64,000 nt of DNA, from positions 217,420 through 281,419 of the forward strand of contig JAXLZM010000001.1 of the NCBI GenBank assembly GCA_046350855.1, written 5' to 3'. The stretch comes from Candidatus Anderseniibacteriota bacterium. GTDB taxonomy: Bacteria > Patescibacteriota > JAUYIX01. Shown here one piece after another: positions 1-8,370 of this stretch (position 1 is its first letter; every line of letters starts with the position of its first letter). The position numbers were made by a program, and so were the translations under genes. The notes beneath the pieces were generated by a model that was not told the origin of the DNA, searched no databases, and saw nothing but the letters and a program-made list of their open reading frames with translations.

Positions 1-458
1 GGCCGCAACCTACCTGCCTTCAGAGAGGTCAGAAGATACTTTGTAACGGGAGTAATCCTCTTTTTGAGTGCCTGGCTCGTTTTGACGAACTCAGCACGGA
101 GCACTTCCGTTTTGTCTGGCATCACTTTTCCCGAGCGGTACTCGGCCATGACAACAACCCAGACATTGCTGCTGCCATTTTTTGTAATACGCTGCCGTAC
201 ACAGACAACGCCTTTTGACGTAACTCTTGTATTTGTTTCTTCCTTGACCTCTCTTTCGAGGGTTTGTTGAAGGTTCTCGCCTTTCTGAACAAACCCACTC
301 GGGATAGTCCACACATGCGGCTTAGCCGCGTGCGTCACCAAAAGAACCTCTGAGTTGCCTTTAACTACAAGGCCGCCCACACCGATACTAACCTTCGGGT
401 AGTTCTTCATGGGTATGATTATTCTCTTTTTGCTGCTTTTCTCAACTCTATTTTTCAT
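1..458 (-). CDS. NUDIX hydrolase (3' end runs off the window; start at 458 or 410)
   Basis: My translation of the minus strand gives MKNYPKVSIGVGGLVV...GFVQKGENLQQTLEREVKEETNT, matching the Nudix box GX5EX7REUXEE. Absent from the ORF track because there is no stop in the window. Confidence 0.85.
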   Translation of the reverse strand, partial: MKNRVEKSSKKRIIIPMKNYPKVSIGVGGLVVKGNSEVLLVTHAAKPHVWTIPSGFVQKGENLQQTLEREVKEETNTRVTSKGVVCVRQRITKNGSSNVWVVVMAEYRSGKVMPDKTEVLRAEFVKTSQALKKRITPVTKYLLTSLKAGRLR

Positions 459-464
459 TTGGCA

Positions 465-617
465 GAACTATTGGATCGGGCGGCGGGTGAGTTGTAGTGG
501 CGGGTGCGACGAGACCCTCCGCAACCACATTTAGAATTGCCGTCATTGCATGTGGTGGGGACCAGGGTCTCGGAGGCCCCGCCGCGCGGAACCCGCCCGC
601 CGCCAGCCGGTCAGTTC
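465..617 (+). ncRNA. Candidate rod-shaped structured RNA, unidentified
   Basis: Nested helices: 524-530/550-556, 510-518/564-572, 499-504/578-583, 482-488/591-597, 474-479/607-612, 465-469/613-617. G-U pairs favour the + strand. Confidence 0.4.
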
Positions 618-622
618 ACCCC

Positions 623-651
623 TTTACAACCTAGGACATGTGGGTTAGTCT
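623..651 (+). promoter_or_regulatory. Sigma70-type promoter for infC-rpmI-rplT
   Basis: TTTACA-17 nt-TAGTCT upstream of infC. Confidence 0.5.
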
Positions 652-678
652 AGCGGCGGCCTAAACAGGTCATTTGTC

Positions 679-1270
679 ATTAGAGAGCACCGATTTCTAC
701 TAAATCAAGCGCGCGTAAACGAGCAGATACGCGTTCCAAAGATCCATTTAATTGACGCAGAAGGCACCGATCAGGCGTTGTCGAGACCCGGCAAGCCCTC
801 GAGATGGCCAAGCAAGCCAACCTGGATCTGGTCGAAGTGGGCGCCAACGCTCGCCCGCCGGTCGTCCGCATCATGGATTTTGGGGCGTACCGCTACCGCC
901 AGGAGAAGCAACTCCAGCAGCAGCGCAAGAACCAAAAAAGATCGAGATCAAGGGGATTCGGATCGGAATGCGCATCAGCGAGCACGATTTTGCCCATAAG
1001 GTTGAGCAGGCCAAAGCGTTTTTGGATGAGGGCCACAAGATCAAGCTCGAGCTGGTCATGCGCGGCCGAGAACAAGCCCCGCAGCTCCGTAGTCGCGCTC
1101 TCGACAAATTAGACGCCTTTATCGCCGCACTCGGTCCCGGGATCATGCGCGAGCAAAACATTACTAAGCAACGTAACCGGCTGAACCTTCTCCTTGGTCG
1201 CAGCAAACAAGCCGCTGCCGCAGCCAAGAGCCAGACTAAGCCTTCACCCAAACCAGACTCCAATGCCTAA
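679..1270 (+). CDS. infC: Translation initiation factor IF-3 (two apparent 1-nt frameshifts, probably sequencing errors)
   Basis: Fragments RVNEQIRVPKIHLIDAEG / ALEMAKQANLDLVEVGANARPPVVRIMDFG / KIEIKGIRIGMRISEHDFAHK...GHKIKLELVMRGRE. In-frame ATT start at 679, typical of infC. Shifts occur at a G run (~774) and an A run (~935). Confidence 0.9.
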
Positions 1271-1466
1271 AATGAAGACCCATCGAGCCAGCGCTAAGCG
1301 CTTTAAAAAAACCGGCGGCAAGCACGGTAAGTTTATGAAGCGCAAAGCCACGCAAGGTCACTTTAACGCCCGCGAAGACGGTACGACCGTGCGACTTAAG
1401 CGCGTGGATCAAGAAGTGCATCCTTCGGACGCCAAACGATTAGCAGTTTTATTGCCTTACAAATAA
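1263..1466 (+). CDS. rpmI: 50S ribosomal protein L35
   Basis: MPKMKTHRASAKRFKKTGG...LLPY; lies between infC and rplT. Confidence 0.95.
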   Translation: MPKMKTHRASAKRFKKTGGKHGKFMKRKATQGHFNAREDGTTVRLKRVDQEVHPSDAKRLAVLLPYK

Positions 1467-1484
1467 TTTTGAACTAAACGAGCC

Positions 1485-1834
1485 GTACCACGAGTTAAGC
1501 GCGGAACAGCGACCCGCAAACGTCACAAGCGATTGTTTAAGAGCACCAGCGGCTACACCGCCGGTCGAACACGCAGCGTCCGCCGCGCCCACGAGGCCCA
1601 GCTGCATGCTCGTAAGCACGCCCAAAACACCGCCGCATGAAGAAGCGCCAGTTCCGCAGCTTGTGGATCGTGCGTATCAACAACGGACTACGCGCCAACG
1701 GTACGACCTACTCGGCCTTTGTGCATCAAGCCAAGGTCAAAAAGGTTCAGCTGGATCGCAAATCCTTGGCCTACCTCGCGGCCGAACAACCCAAGGCCTT
1801 TGCTGCGGTGGTACAGTTTGTAGTTGGCAAATAA
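1485..1834 (+). CDS. rplT: 50S ribosomal protein L20 (start reads GTA; frameshift at A run ~1625; probable sequencing errors)
   Basis: (M)PRVKRGTATRKRHKRLFK...GY, then KKRQFRSLWIVRIN...LDRKSLAYLA in another frame. Confidence 0.9.
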
Positions 1835-2895
<1,061 letters not shown>

Positions 2896-2898
2896 GCG

Positions 2899-3285
2899 AT
2901 GGACATCTTTGAGATACCGATTTTCAAAAAAGCCTACGAGCTCTACAAGCTTTTGTACAGCTACCGCGGGGTTATTCCTAAGGCCGACCGTTATACCCTT
3001 TGGCAGCGCTGCGAGGATACGACCTTAGACGTGGTCGACCATATTTTAGAGGCCAGTCAACTTGGCAGAACCGCTAAGCTCACCGCCCTCGAGGAGGCCG
3101 CTCGTAAACTCAATCTGCTGCGCGTTTTGGTCCGCCTCGCTAAAGAGACTACTACTATTAGCGCCAAAAAGTACATCGCCGCTCAAACTCTGATCGACGA
3201 GATTGGACGTATGCTTGGTGGCTGGCTACGAGCTACGCGCGTAGCTGCACAAACTAAACAAGCGCCCGTTTTTGAGCGCTTGTAG
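2899..3285 (+). CDS. avd: DGR accessory variability determinant (Avd, four-helix-bundle family)
   Basis: 128 aa, basic. IPIFKKAYEL...IPKADRYTLWQR...LNLLRVLVRLAKE...IDEIGRMLGGW is the bAvd-like signature; it lies between TR and RT. Confidence 0.9.
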   Translation: MDIFEIPIFKKAYELYKLLYSYRGVIPKADRYTLWQRCEDTTLDVVDHILEASQLGRTAKLTALEEAARKLNLLRVLVRLAKETTTISAKKYIAAQTLIDEIGRMLGGWLRATRVAAQTKQAPVFERL

Positions 3286-3295
3286 CTTGAGGGAG

Positions 3296-3430
3296 ACTTC
3301 GGGAGAAAACCGGACGCGGTACCGTAGTTCTCGTTGGCGTTGTTGACCCAGTTGGTGTCGAACTTGACGTTGTCGTCGTTGAAGTTGAAGTACGGTGCGT
3401 TGAACCAACGCTGAGCATCGTCCGGAATTT
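3296..3430 (-). repeat. DGR template repeat (TR)
   Basis: 135-nt ungapped match to 3778-3912 (offset 482). Contains 37 adenines and 9 AAC codons. Conceptual translation IPDDAQRWFNAPYFNFNDDNVKFDTNWVNNANENYGTASGFLPK. Confidence 0.95.
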
Positions 3431-3679
3431 GCCGCGATCCATCTACGTCACCGAGTATTGAGTGCGCTTGAGCGCACCCTTTGCTCTGTTTTTAATTTGA
3501 CAGCAGTCTCATACGAGACACCTGTGCGAGATCGCAACAAGCAGTATCTCCTCAAAAACGATACGCTCATGCAAAACGGACTTCAGCATGATTCTGATCG
3601 TTAGGTTTTAAAGAGAGATTTCGGTAAGCACGATCCGTAAACCGTACTGTATGAACCTATTCTCGTCGTGATTGTAATA

Positions 3680-3712
3680 AAGAAAAAAGGGGCCATCCAT
3701 GTGGACAACCCC
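3680..3712 (-). terminator. Intrinsic terminator after the DGR target gene
   Basis: GGGGUUGUCC-ACAU-GGAUGGCCCC followed by UUUUUUCUUU on the minus strand. Confidence 0.7.
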
Positions 3713-3775
3713 TCTACCCGAACGCAAGAGTCAAGCTGACGAAGACTCGAGAGTTCGAGGAACAAGAGACAAGCG

Positions 3776-4633
3776 CTACTGCGGGAGAAAACCGGACGCG
3801 GAACCGTAGAGCTCGTGGGCGTGGTGAACCCAGTAGGCGCCGAACCAGACGCGGCCGCCGCCGATGCCGAAGTACGGTGCGCGGAACCAACGCCGAGCAC
3901 CGTCCGGAACGTTGTACTCGTCGCCCGAGCAGTCGATCCAGAGGTCCTCGTAGCGCGTGAGACGCTCGGGGTGGGTCAGCAGCATGCAGCCGATGGCGAA
4001 CGCACCGAGTCCGAACTCGTTGGCCGTGAAGACCTCACGAGCGCGACGCACCGAGCGACCCCTGTGCCGCATCCCGAACTGAGCCGGGATGACCAGGGTG
4101 TCACCGGTCCGCTGCTCGCCGATCTGGGCGAACATGCTGACGGTGCGCTGGTGCTGGCGGAGACGATCCGCTCCGAGCTGGTTCTCCCGGTAGTTGTAGA
4201 GCTGGCGGGTCGACTTGATCGCGGTCAGGACCTTCTCGACCGCCTCGTTGTACGAGGTGGCGATCTTGTCCCAACGCGGGATCGCGAAGAACCCCTCGGC
4301 GCCGGTGGGCAGGTCCCGGCCAGTGTCCTTCTTGTCCGGACCGAGTCCGGGGAAGTACCTGCGCAGGATGCTGACCTGGTCGGCGACCGGCTTGACCTTG
4401 TAGCCAGCCGGGTAGACGTACGAGGAGCTGACCTCCTCGCCCGCGAACTGGTTCGACACGGACAGCCGCTTGATGGCCGCTAAGATGCTCGACTGGAGCT
4501 CGCCGCCGTTGGCGATCAGACGCTGGAGGGCATCCTTGTCGATGCTGGACTCCTTGAGCGCCTTCTCGGCGGTCTCCTTGACGAAGTTCTTGAACTGCTT
4601 GTGCTGACCAGACGTGATCGACGTCGTCGTCAT
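3776..4633 (-). CDS. DGR target protein with C-terminal variable region (probable CLec-like fold)
   Basis: 285 aa, preceded by an AAGGAG Shine-Dalgarno (SD). The last ~44 codons are the VR, ending YGSASGFLPQ*. The fold call is inferred from known DGR targets. Confidence 0.9.
   Translation of the reverse strand: MTTTSITSGQHKQFKNFVKETAEKALKESSIDKDALQRLIANGGELQSSILAAIKRLSVSNQFAGEEVSSSYVYPAGYKVKPVADQVSILRRYFPGLGPDKKDTGRDLPTGAEGFFAIPRWDKIATSYNEAVEKVLTAIKSTRQLYNYRENQLGADRLRQHQRTVSMFAQIGEQRTGDTLVIPAQFGMRHRGRSVRRAREVFTANEFGLGAFAIGCMLLTHPERLTRYEDLWIDCSGDEYNVPDGARRWFRAPYFGIGGGRVWFGAYWVHHAHELYGSASGFLPQ
3778..3912 (-). repeat. DGR variable repeat (VR), with GC-rich invariant 3' end (IMH region)
   Basis: 28 mismatches to TR: 26 at TR adenines (14 A>G, 8 A>C, 4 A>T) and 2 elsewhere (GTC>GTT, TTC>ATC). 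CCGCGTCCGGTTTTCTCCCG is identical in both. Confidence 0.95.
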
Positions 4634-4779
4634 CGTCGTTTCTCCTTAGCGCAAATATCTGACCCTTGCGGGTTCAGGCTTTGTCTCTTTGTCGGAGACG
4701 AGCACCCTGTGGGTTGCGTACCAAAAACAAACAATCCACAAAGCGCTCATCTCGACGCTTGGCAAAGAACAATCGAAGT

Positions 4780-4808
4780 AAAATAGCACTTTTTTAGCTT
4801 GTTGTCAA
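4780..4808 (-). promoter_or_regulatory. Sigma70 promoter of the DGR target gene
   Basis: TTGACA-17 nt-TATTTT with extended -10 TG. Confidence 0.65.
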
Positions 4809-4847
4809 CCGGTGCCGTTCTACCGATTTTGTAGCTATAGTAGGGCC

Positions 4848-5210
4848 ATGGAGTATGACTGGGGTATCCGAATAGTACGTAAACCGATCACCCTCGCGGC
4901 GGTCCAGCAGGCCGCAAGCAAAACCTATGGCGAGATGGTTAAGGCGGTTGTCGATCTCAAAAAAGGCATCCTGGCCATGGGTGGCGAGATGCACGCCGAT
5001 GCAGAAAAAACACTCCTCGAAGACGGTTCAGCGCAGGCGGACTTGTGGGGTATCAACTTAGTGCCTGGCCTACCAAGGGAGAGCTGGATCGAATATGTTT
5101 CTTTAATTAATATCAAGCCGCGTGCTGGTAACCGCACTATGGAAATTCAAGATCCTAAGATGCGTGAGCAAATCCAAATGGTTATCACCCGATTAATCCC
5201 GCGAGCATGA
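4848..5210 (+). CDS. DUF5674-like conserved hypothetical protein
   Basis: MVKAVVDL...GGEMHADAE...GSAQADLWGIN...SLINIKP motif pattern, recognised from memory of the family. Confidence 0.7.
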   Translation: MEYDWGIRIVRKPITLAAVQQAASKTYGEMVKAVVDLKKGILAMGGEMHADAEKTLLEDGSAQADLWGINLVPGLPRESWIEYVSLINIKPRAGNRTMEIQDPKMREQIQMVITRLIPRA

Positions 5211-5473
5211 CCTTTGCAGAACAGATGGGCAACATAGGGAGCGAATTGACTCGTGCAGTGGGTCGTTCACCGGAATTACGTCAGCAATCCTTGCTACGAG
5301 CAGAGGGTTTAGTGGATCGAACATTGCGCGAAGTTGGGCTACGGGATGCGCAACGACGCGAGTTAGGGTTGCTTAAAGAGCAGATTAAGGTAGGTGCTAA
5401 CCTACAAGACCTGGTGAACTATTGCCTCCCCTTTGCGCTGCTCGCACGTCGCGAGCACGACTCTAGACCCTAG
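5207..5473 (+). CDS. Small helical hypothetical protein, coupled to the upstream gene (ATGA overlap)
   Basis: EQMGNIGSELTRA motif; 4-nt overlap. Confidence 0.7.
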   Translation: MTFAEQMGNIGSELTRAVGRSPELRQQSLLRAEGLVDRTLREVGLRDAQRRELGLLKEQIKVGANLQDLVNYCLPFALLARREHDSRP

Positions 5474-5687
5474 GGATACTACCGTTTTTTATACACAGGT
5501 TTAAAAGCAAAAAGCACGATTATCATCCGCAATTTGGCTGCACTCGGGTATTCTGCTGTGCAAAACGTTTTCCAGTTTGTATGGAAAGCGGTTCACAAAT
5601 TGACGCGGGGAAAAGTCCTACTAAAATTTAATCTTCTCTTAAGGTCGGTGCGGTAGTGTCGCTCTGCTTAACCGTAATTAGCTACAA

Positions 5688-5948
5688 ATGACTAAGCCAA
5701 CAACTAACGGAAAAATCACTTTGGATGACCTCGCGGGTATGGTTCAGCGGGGATTTGATGAAGTAAACAAAAAAATGCAAAAGGGGTTTGAGGAATCTAA
5801 ACAGCGGGACGCCTACTTACAAAAACAAATAGACAACGTCTTGGGTGACGTCACCGATATCAAAAAAGTCGTCAAGCGGCTGCCGACGCAAAAAGACTTT
5901 GTCGCCCTCAAAAAACGGGTTTATGTGTTAGAGCAGCACGTTGTATAA
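5688..5948 (+). CDS. Small coiled-coil hypothetical protein
   Basis: ITLDDLAGMVQRGF...RVYVLEQ, a heptad-rich pattern common in CPR genomes. Confidence 0.75.
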   Translation: MTKPTTNGKITLDDLAGMVQRGFDEVNKKMQKGFEESKQRDAYLQKQIDNVLGDVTDIKKVVKRLPTQKDFVALKKRVYVLEQHVV

Positions 5949-5954
5949 AAAAAT

Positions 5955-6368
5955 TTATTTTGCTTCTGCGCTACGCGAGCGCAGCCACGTGTAGGCCAGC
6001 AAAATCGAGGCAAGTCCGAGTGTAACCCCAAGCGCGTCGATCGCCACATCGCGCACAGCCGGCTCGCGTCCAGGAACATAGCCCTGGTGAATCTCATCGA
6101 CCGCGGCGTAGGCTACCGCCAGTAAGGCGGCTAACCCGTAACGCTGCCAACGAGACCGGAGCGGCACAGGTAAGGCCCTAAAAATTAAAATCACAAGCAC
6201 CGCAAACTCGAGGCCGTGCGCGAGTTTACGTAAAATAAAATCCTGTTCAAAGCCGCTCCGTAAATCTGGAATCGACGAGAACATCCAAATCACGGCACCC
6301 CACACGACTACCAGGGCCCAATTAAGGGTGGTGCGCTGACTGGGACTGAGACGGCGGAATGGGTTCAT
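5955..6368 (-). CDS. VanZ family membrane protein
   Basis: RKLAHGLEFAVL...YAAVDEIHQGYVPGREPAVRDVAIDALG. Confidence 0.9.
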   Translation of the reverse strand: MNPFRRLSPSQRTTLNWALVVVWGAVIWMFSSIPDLRSGFEQDFILRKLAHGLEFAVLVILIFRALPVPLRSRWQRYGLAALLAVAYAAVDEIHQGYVPGREPAVRDVAIDALGVTLGLASILLAYTWLRSRSAEAK

Positions 6369-6419
6369 CCTGCAAAGTGTAGCGCATGTTGCCGTACGCG
6401 GGGGGGCGGATGCTCAACA

Positions 6420-6540
6420 AAACACAAAAGAGCTCCCTCCCCTTGGAGCTCTTCTGGTTTTAACGAGCCAGATGGGAAGCCCGTAAAAGCACCTCCGAGA
6501 AACACAAGAGTGTGGGACAAACGATAGGGGGAAGTGCGTT
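6420..6540 (-). ncRNA. Candidate ~120-nt small RNA with its own promoter and terminator
   Basis: TTGCAC-16-TACAGT (6547-6574); helix GCACUUCC/GGAGGUGC; terminator AAGAGCUCC/GGAGCUCUU plus U tract. Confidence 0.45.
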
Positions 6541-6610
6541 TACCTAACTGTAGCCCGTTGTGAGGCGGGTGCAAGCGCGCGTGTGGATAACGAGTTTGGC
6601 CAGTCCGGCG

Positions 6611-7423
6611 TTACTTGAACAGCTGACTGAACATATCGAACAACCGAGCCTGGTCCCCCGTTTGTGGGTCGTTTGGGGAAGCTCCGATGTAGCGCTGGGC
6701 GATGTCGAGGGGTGCATCAAAAGCGTAGCGTTGCTCGAGGAGCCTGACGTACGAGGCCGCGTACAAAATACTCCAGTTTGCGTTGGCAAGTCTGCGGATC
6801 CGCTCGGTACGCGCGGTGTCGCCCGTTTGGTACTGGGGTAAAAGACCAGCGGGATCCTCCTGCTCAAGTTCCTCGGCGGTCGAGACACGCACTTGCGCCA
6901 GACCAATACTGGAATCCTCGCCGCTTAAGGCCGTGAGCACATCCCGCTCCAGCTCGTTGTCCTCGAGCCAGCGCAGTTCTTGTTCAATAATGGTAGCGAC
7001 CAGGGCGGGCTCGGTGTGCACGGCCGCGGCCGCACCGGCGATGTGGGCCAACTGATCGGCACTCAAGTACAGATCGTTGTCCGCCACTACGGGTTTGTAG
7101 TGTTCGGTCTCTCCGAGTGGCTGGTAGGGCACCTCGGGGGCCGTGCGCGCAAACTCTACTGAGCGATCCACGATCTCTTTAGATTTACCGAGCGAGTCCT
7201 GCACGCGCTGCTTAGTCTGATCAAAATTAATGGTGCAGCCCGCTAGACCGAGACTTACAGCGACGACCATGAGCAAGAGGGCTACTTTACGCTGGTTCTG
7301 CCGGATAGCTAACCAATCTTTGAGCAGCACTACGGGTAACACAAAGACCGCGGTCAACACCATGATAATGGCGTAGAGGACCGTAAAGGTGGTTTGCGTC
7401 AGCCAGCGCAGCAACTCGAGCAT
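6611..7423 (-). CDS. Membrane-anchored or lipoprotein with lysozyme-like (SLT-type) domain
   Basis: TM helix, LAGC lipobox-like motif, then LVATIIEQE...SIGLAQVR...SILYAASYVRLL transglycosylase-like motifs. Confidence 0.6.
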   Translation of the reverse strand: MLELLRWLTQTTFTVLYAIIMVLTAVFVLPVVLLKDWLAIRQNQRKVALLLMVVAVSLGLAGCTINFDQTKQRVQDSLGKSKEIVDRSVEFARTAPEVPYQPLGETEHYKPVVADNDLYLSADQLAHIAGAAAAVHTEPALVATIIEQELRWLEDNELERDVLTALSGEDSSIGLAQVRVSTAEELEQEDPAGLLPQYQTGDTARTERIRRLANANWSILYAASYVRLLEQRYAFDAPLDIAQRYIGASPNDPQTGDQARLFDMFSQLFK

Positions 7424-7491
7424 GCGGGGCAGTCTACCCTACTCGACCGGACTTTGACAGTCACGCGGGGTCGTGGCTCAATTGGTGCGAG

Positions 7492-8367
7492 ATGAGTGGA
7501 TCGTTTGCGGCGTTTTGGCTTGATTTTTTAAGACGCGTACAAGGGGGAATTCAGACAGGAGCCCCGCGCGCCGTTTTGGTCTTGTTCATCTTTGGATTCT
7601 TTTACCTGGTCGCGCAACTGTTTAAGCTCTACGGCTATCGCAGCGTCGACGTCAACCTCTACCGCAAACCTACCCAAGAGGCTATCAATCAATACAACAA
7701 GGCTCGGCGTAAAGTTTTTATCGGACGCTTTTTTTGGTTGTTCTTTTTGACCCTGGCTTGGGTCGGAGCGATCTCGGCCAGCGGAGTCGCCATCCGCACC
7801 GTGCTAGAGGGCTTAGGGTTTTTGGGAGTCTCCCTTTCGTTTGCTTTGTCGGACTTGATTCAACAGTACATTGCCGGCTTTTTAATTCTGAACCAAAAGC
7901 ACGTTAACATCGGTGAGCAAATTGAGGTGCACGGCACGGCCGGAGTCGTTAAGTCGATCGAGGCGCGCTACACCATCGTGCGCGACTTTAAAGAGAACGA
8001 CGTGATGGTGCCCAACACGGACATCTTACGCAACGCGGTCTTGATCTCCTCGGTCGAGGGGTTGCAACGCGACGTGATTCGCGTGCGAGTCGATAATGAC
8101 ACCGATTTACGCGTGGCGATCAAGGTGGGCGAAGAGGCCATTAAAAATACGCGTGGCGTGGACTCCTCAGTACCGCCGCGCGGCTACTTACGCTACTTTG
8201 GCGATTCGATGCAGCTGGCTTTTTATTACACGGGGGCGGCCGCGCGGCGGGAACACTTTATTGTGCGCAGCGAAGCACTGCTCAACCTAACCGACGCCTT
8301 TAAGCGCAACAACATCAAGATCGCCTACCCGACCGGGCTGCAATACATCGAGACCGAGGCGGATTAA
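7492..8367 (+). CDS. mscS: Small-conductance mechanosensitive channel (MscS family)
   Basis: GLGFLGVSLSFALSDLIQQYIAG, IGEQIEV...GVVKSI...VPN, C-terminal NIKIAYP. Confidence 0.85.
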   Translation: MSGSFAAFWLDFLRRVQGGIQTGAPRAVLVLFIFGFFYLVAQLFKLYGYRSVDVNLYRKPTQEAINQYNKARRKVFIGRFFWLFFLTLAWVGAISASGVAIRTVLEGLGFLGVSLSFALSDLIQQYIAGFLILNQKHVNIGEQIEVHGTAGVVKSIEARYTIVRDFKENDVMVPNTDILRNAVLISSVEGLQRDVIRVRVDNDTDLRVAIKVGEEAIKNTRGVDSSVPPRGYLRYFGDSMQLAFYYTGAAARREHFIVRSEALLNLTDAFKRNNIKIAYPTGLQYIETEAD

Positions 8368-8370
8368 GCG

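Noticed and set aside
465-678. L20 leader riboregulator upstream of infC
   Set aside because: The position fits, but I could not match the known L20-leader consensus and a promoter seems to lie downstream of the structure. Left as an unidentified RNA.
679-1834. Frameshifts in infC (two) and rplT (one, plus a GTA start) as programmed frameshifting or pseudogenes
   Set aside because: These are essential genes and each break is a single missing base in a homopolymer, the typical long-read consensus error. Treated as a sequence-quality warning for this region.
3815-4483. Long antisense or shadow ORFs in the track (e.g. 3815-4483, 12207-13046, 18162-19085, 56399-57064)
   Set aside because: They mirror well-supported genes on the opposite strand and have no motifs; expected in GC-rich coding DNA.
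5489-6590. DnaA boxes (TTATACACA 5489-5497, TGTGGATAA 6582-6590) as oriC
   Set aside because: Only two isolated boxes 1.1 kb apart, with no dnaA/dnaN and no box cluster.
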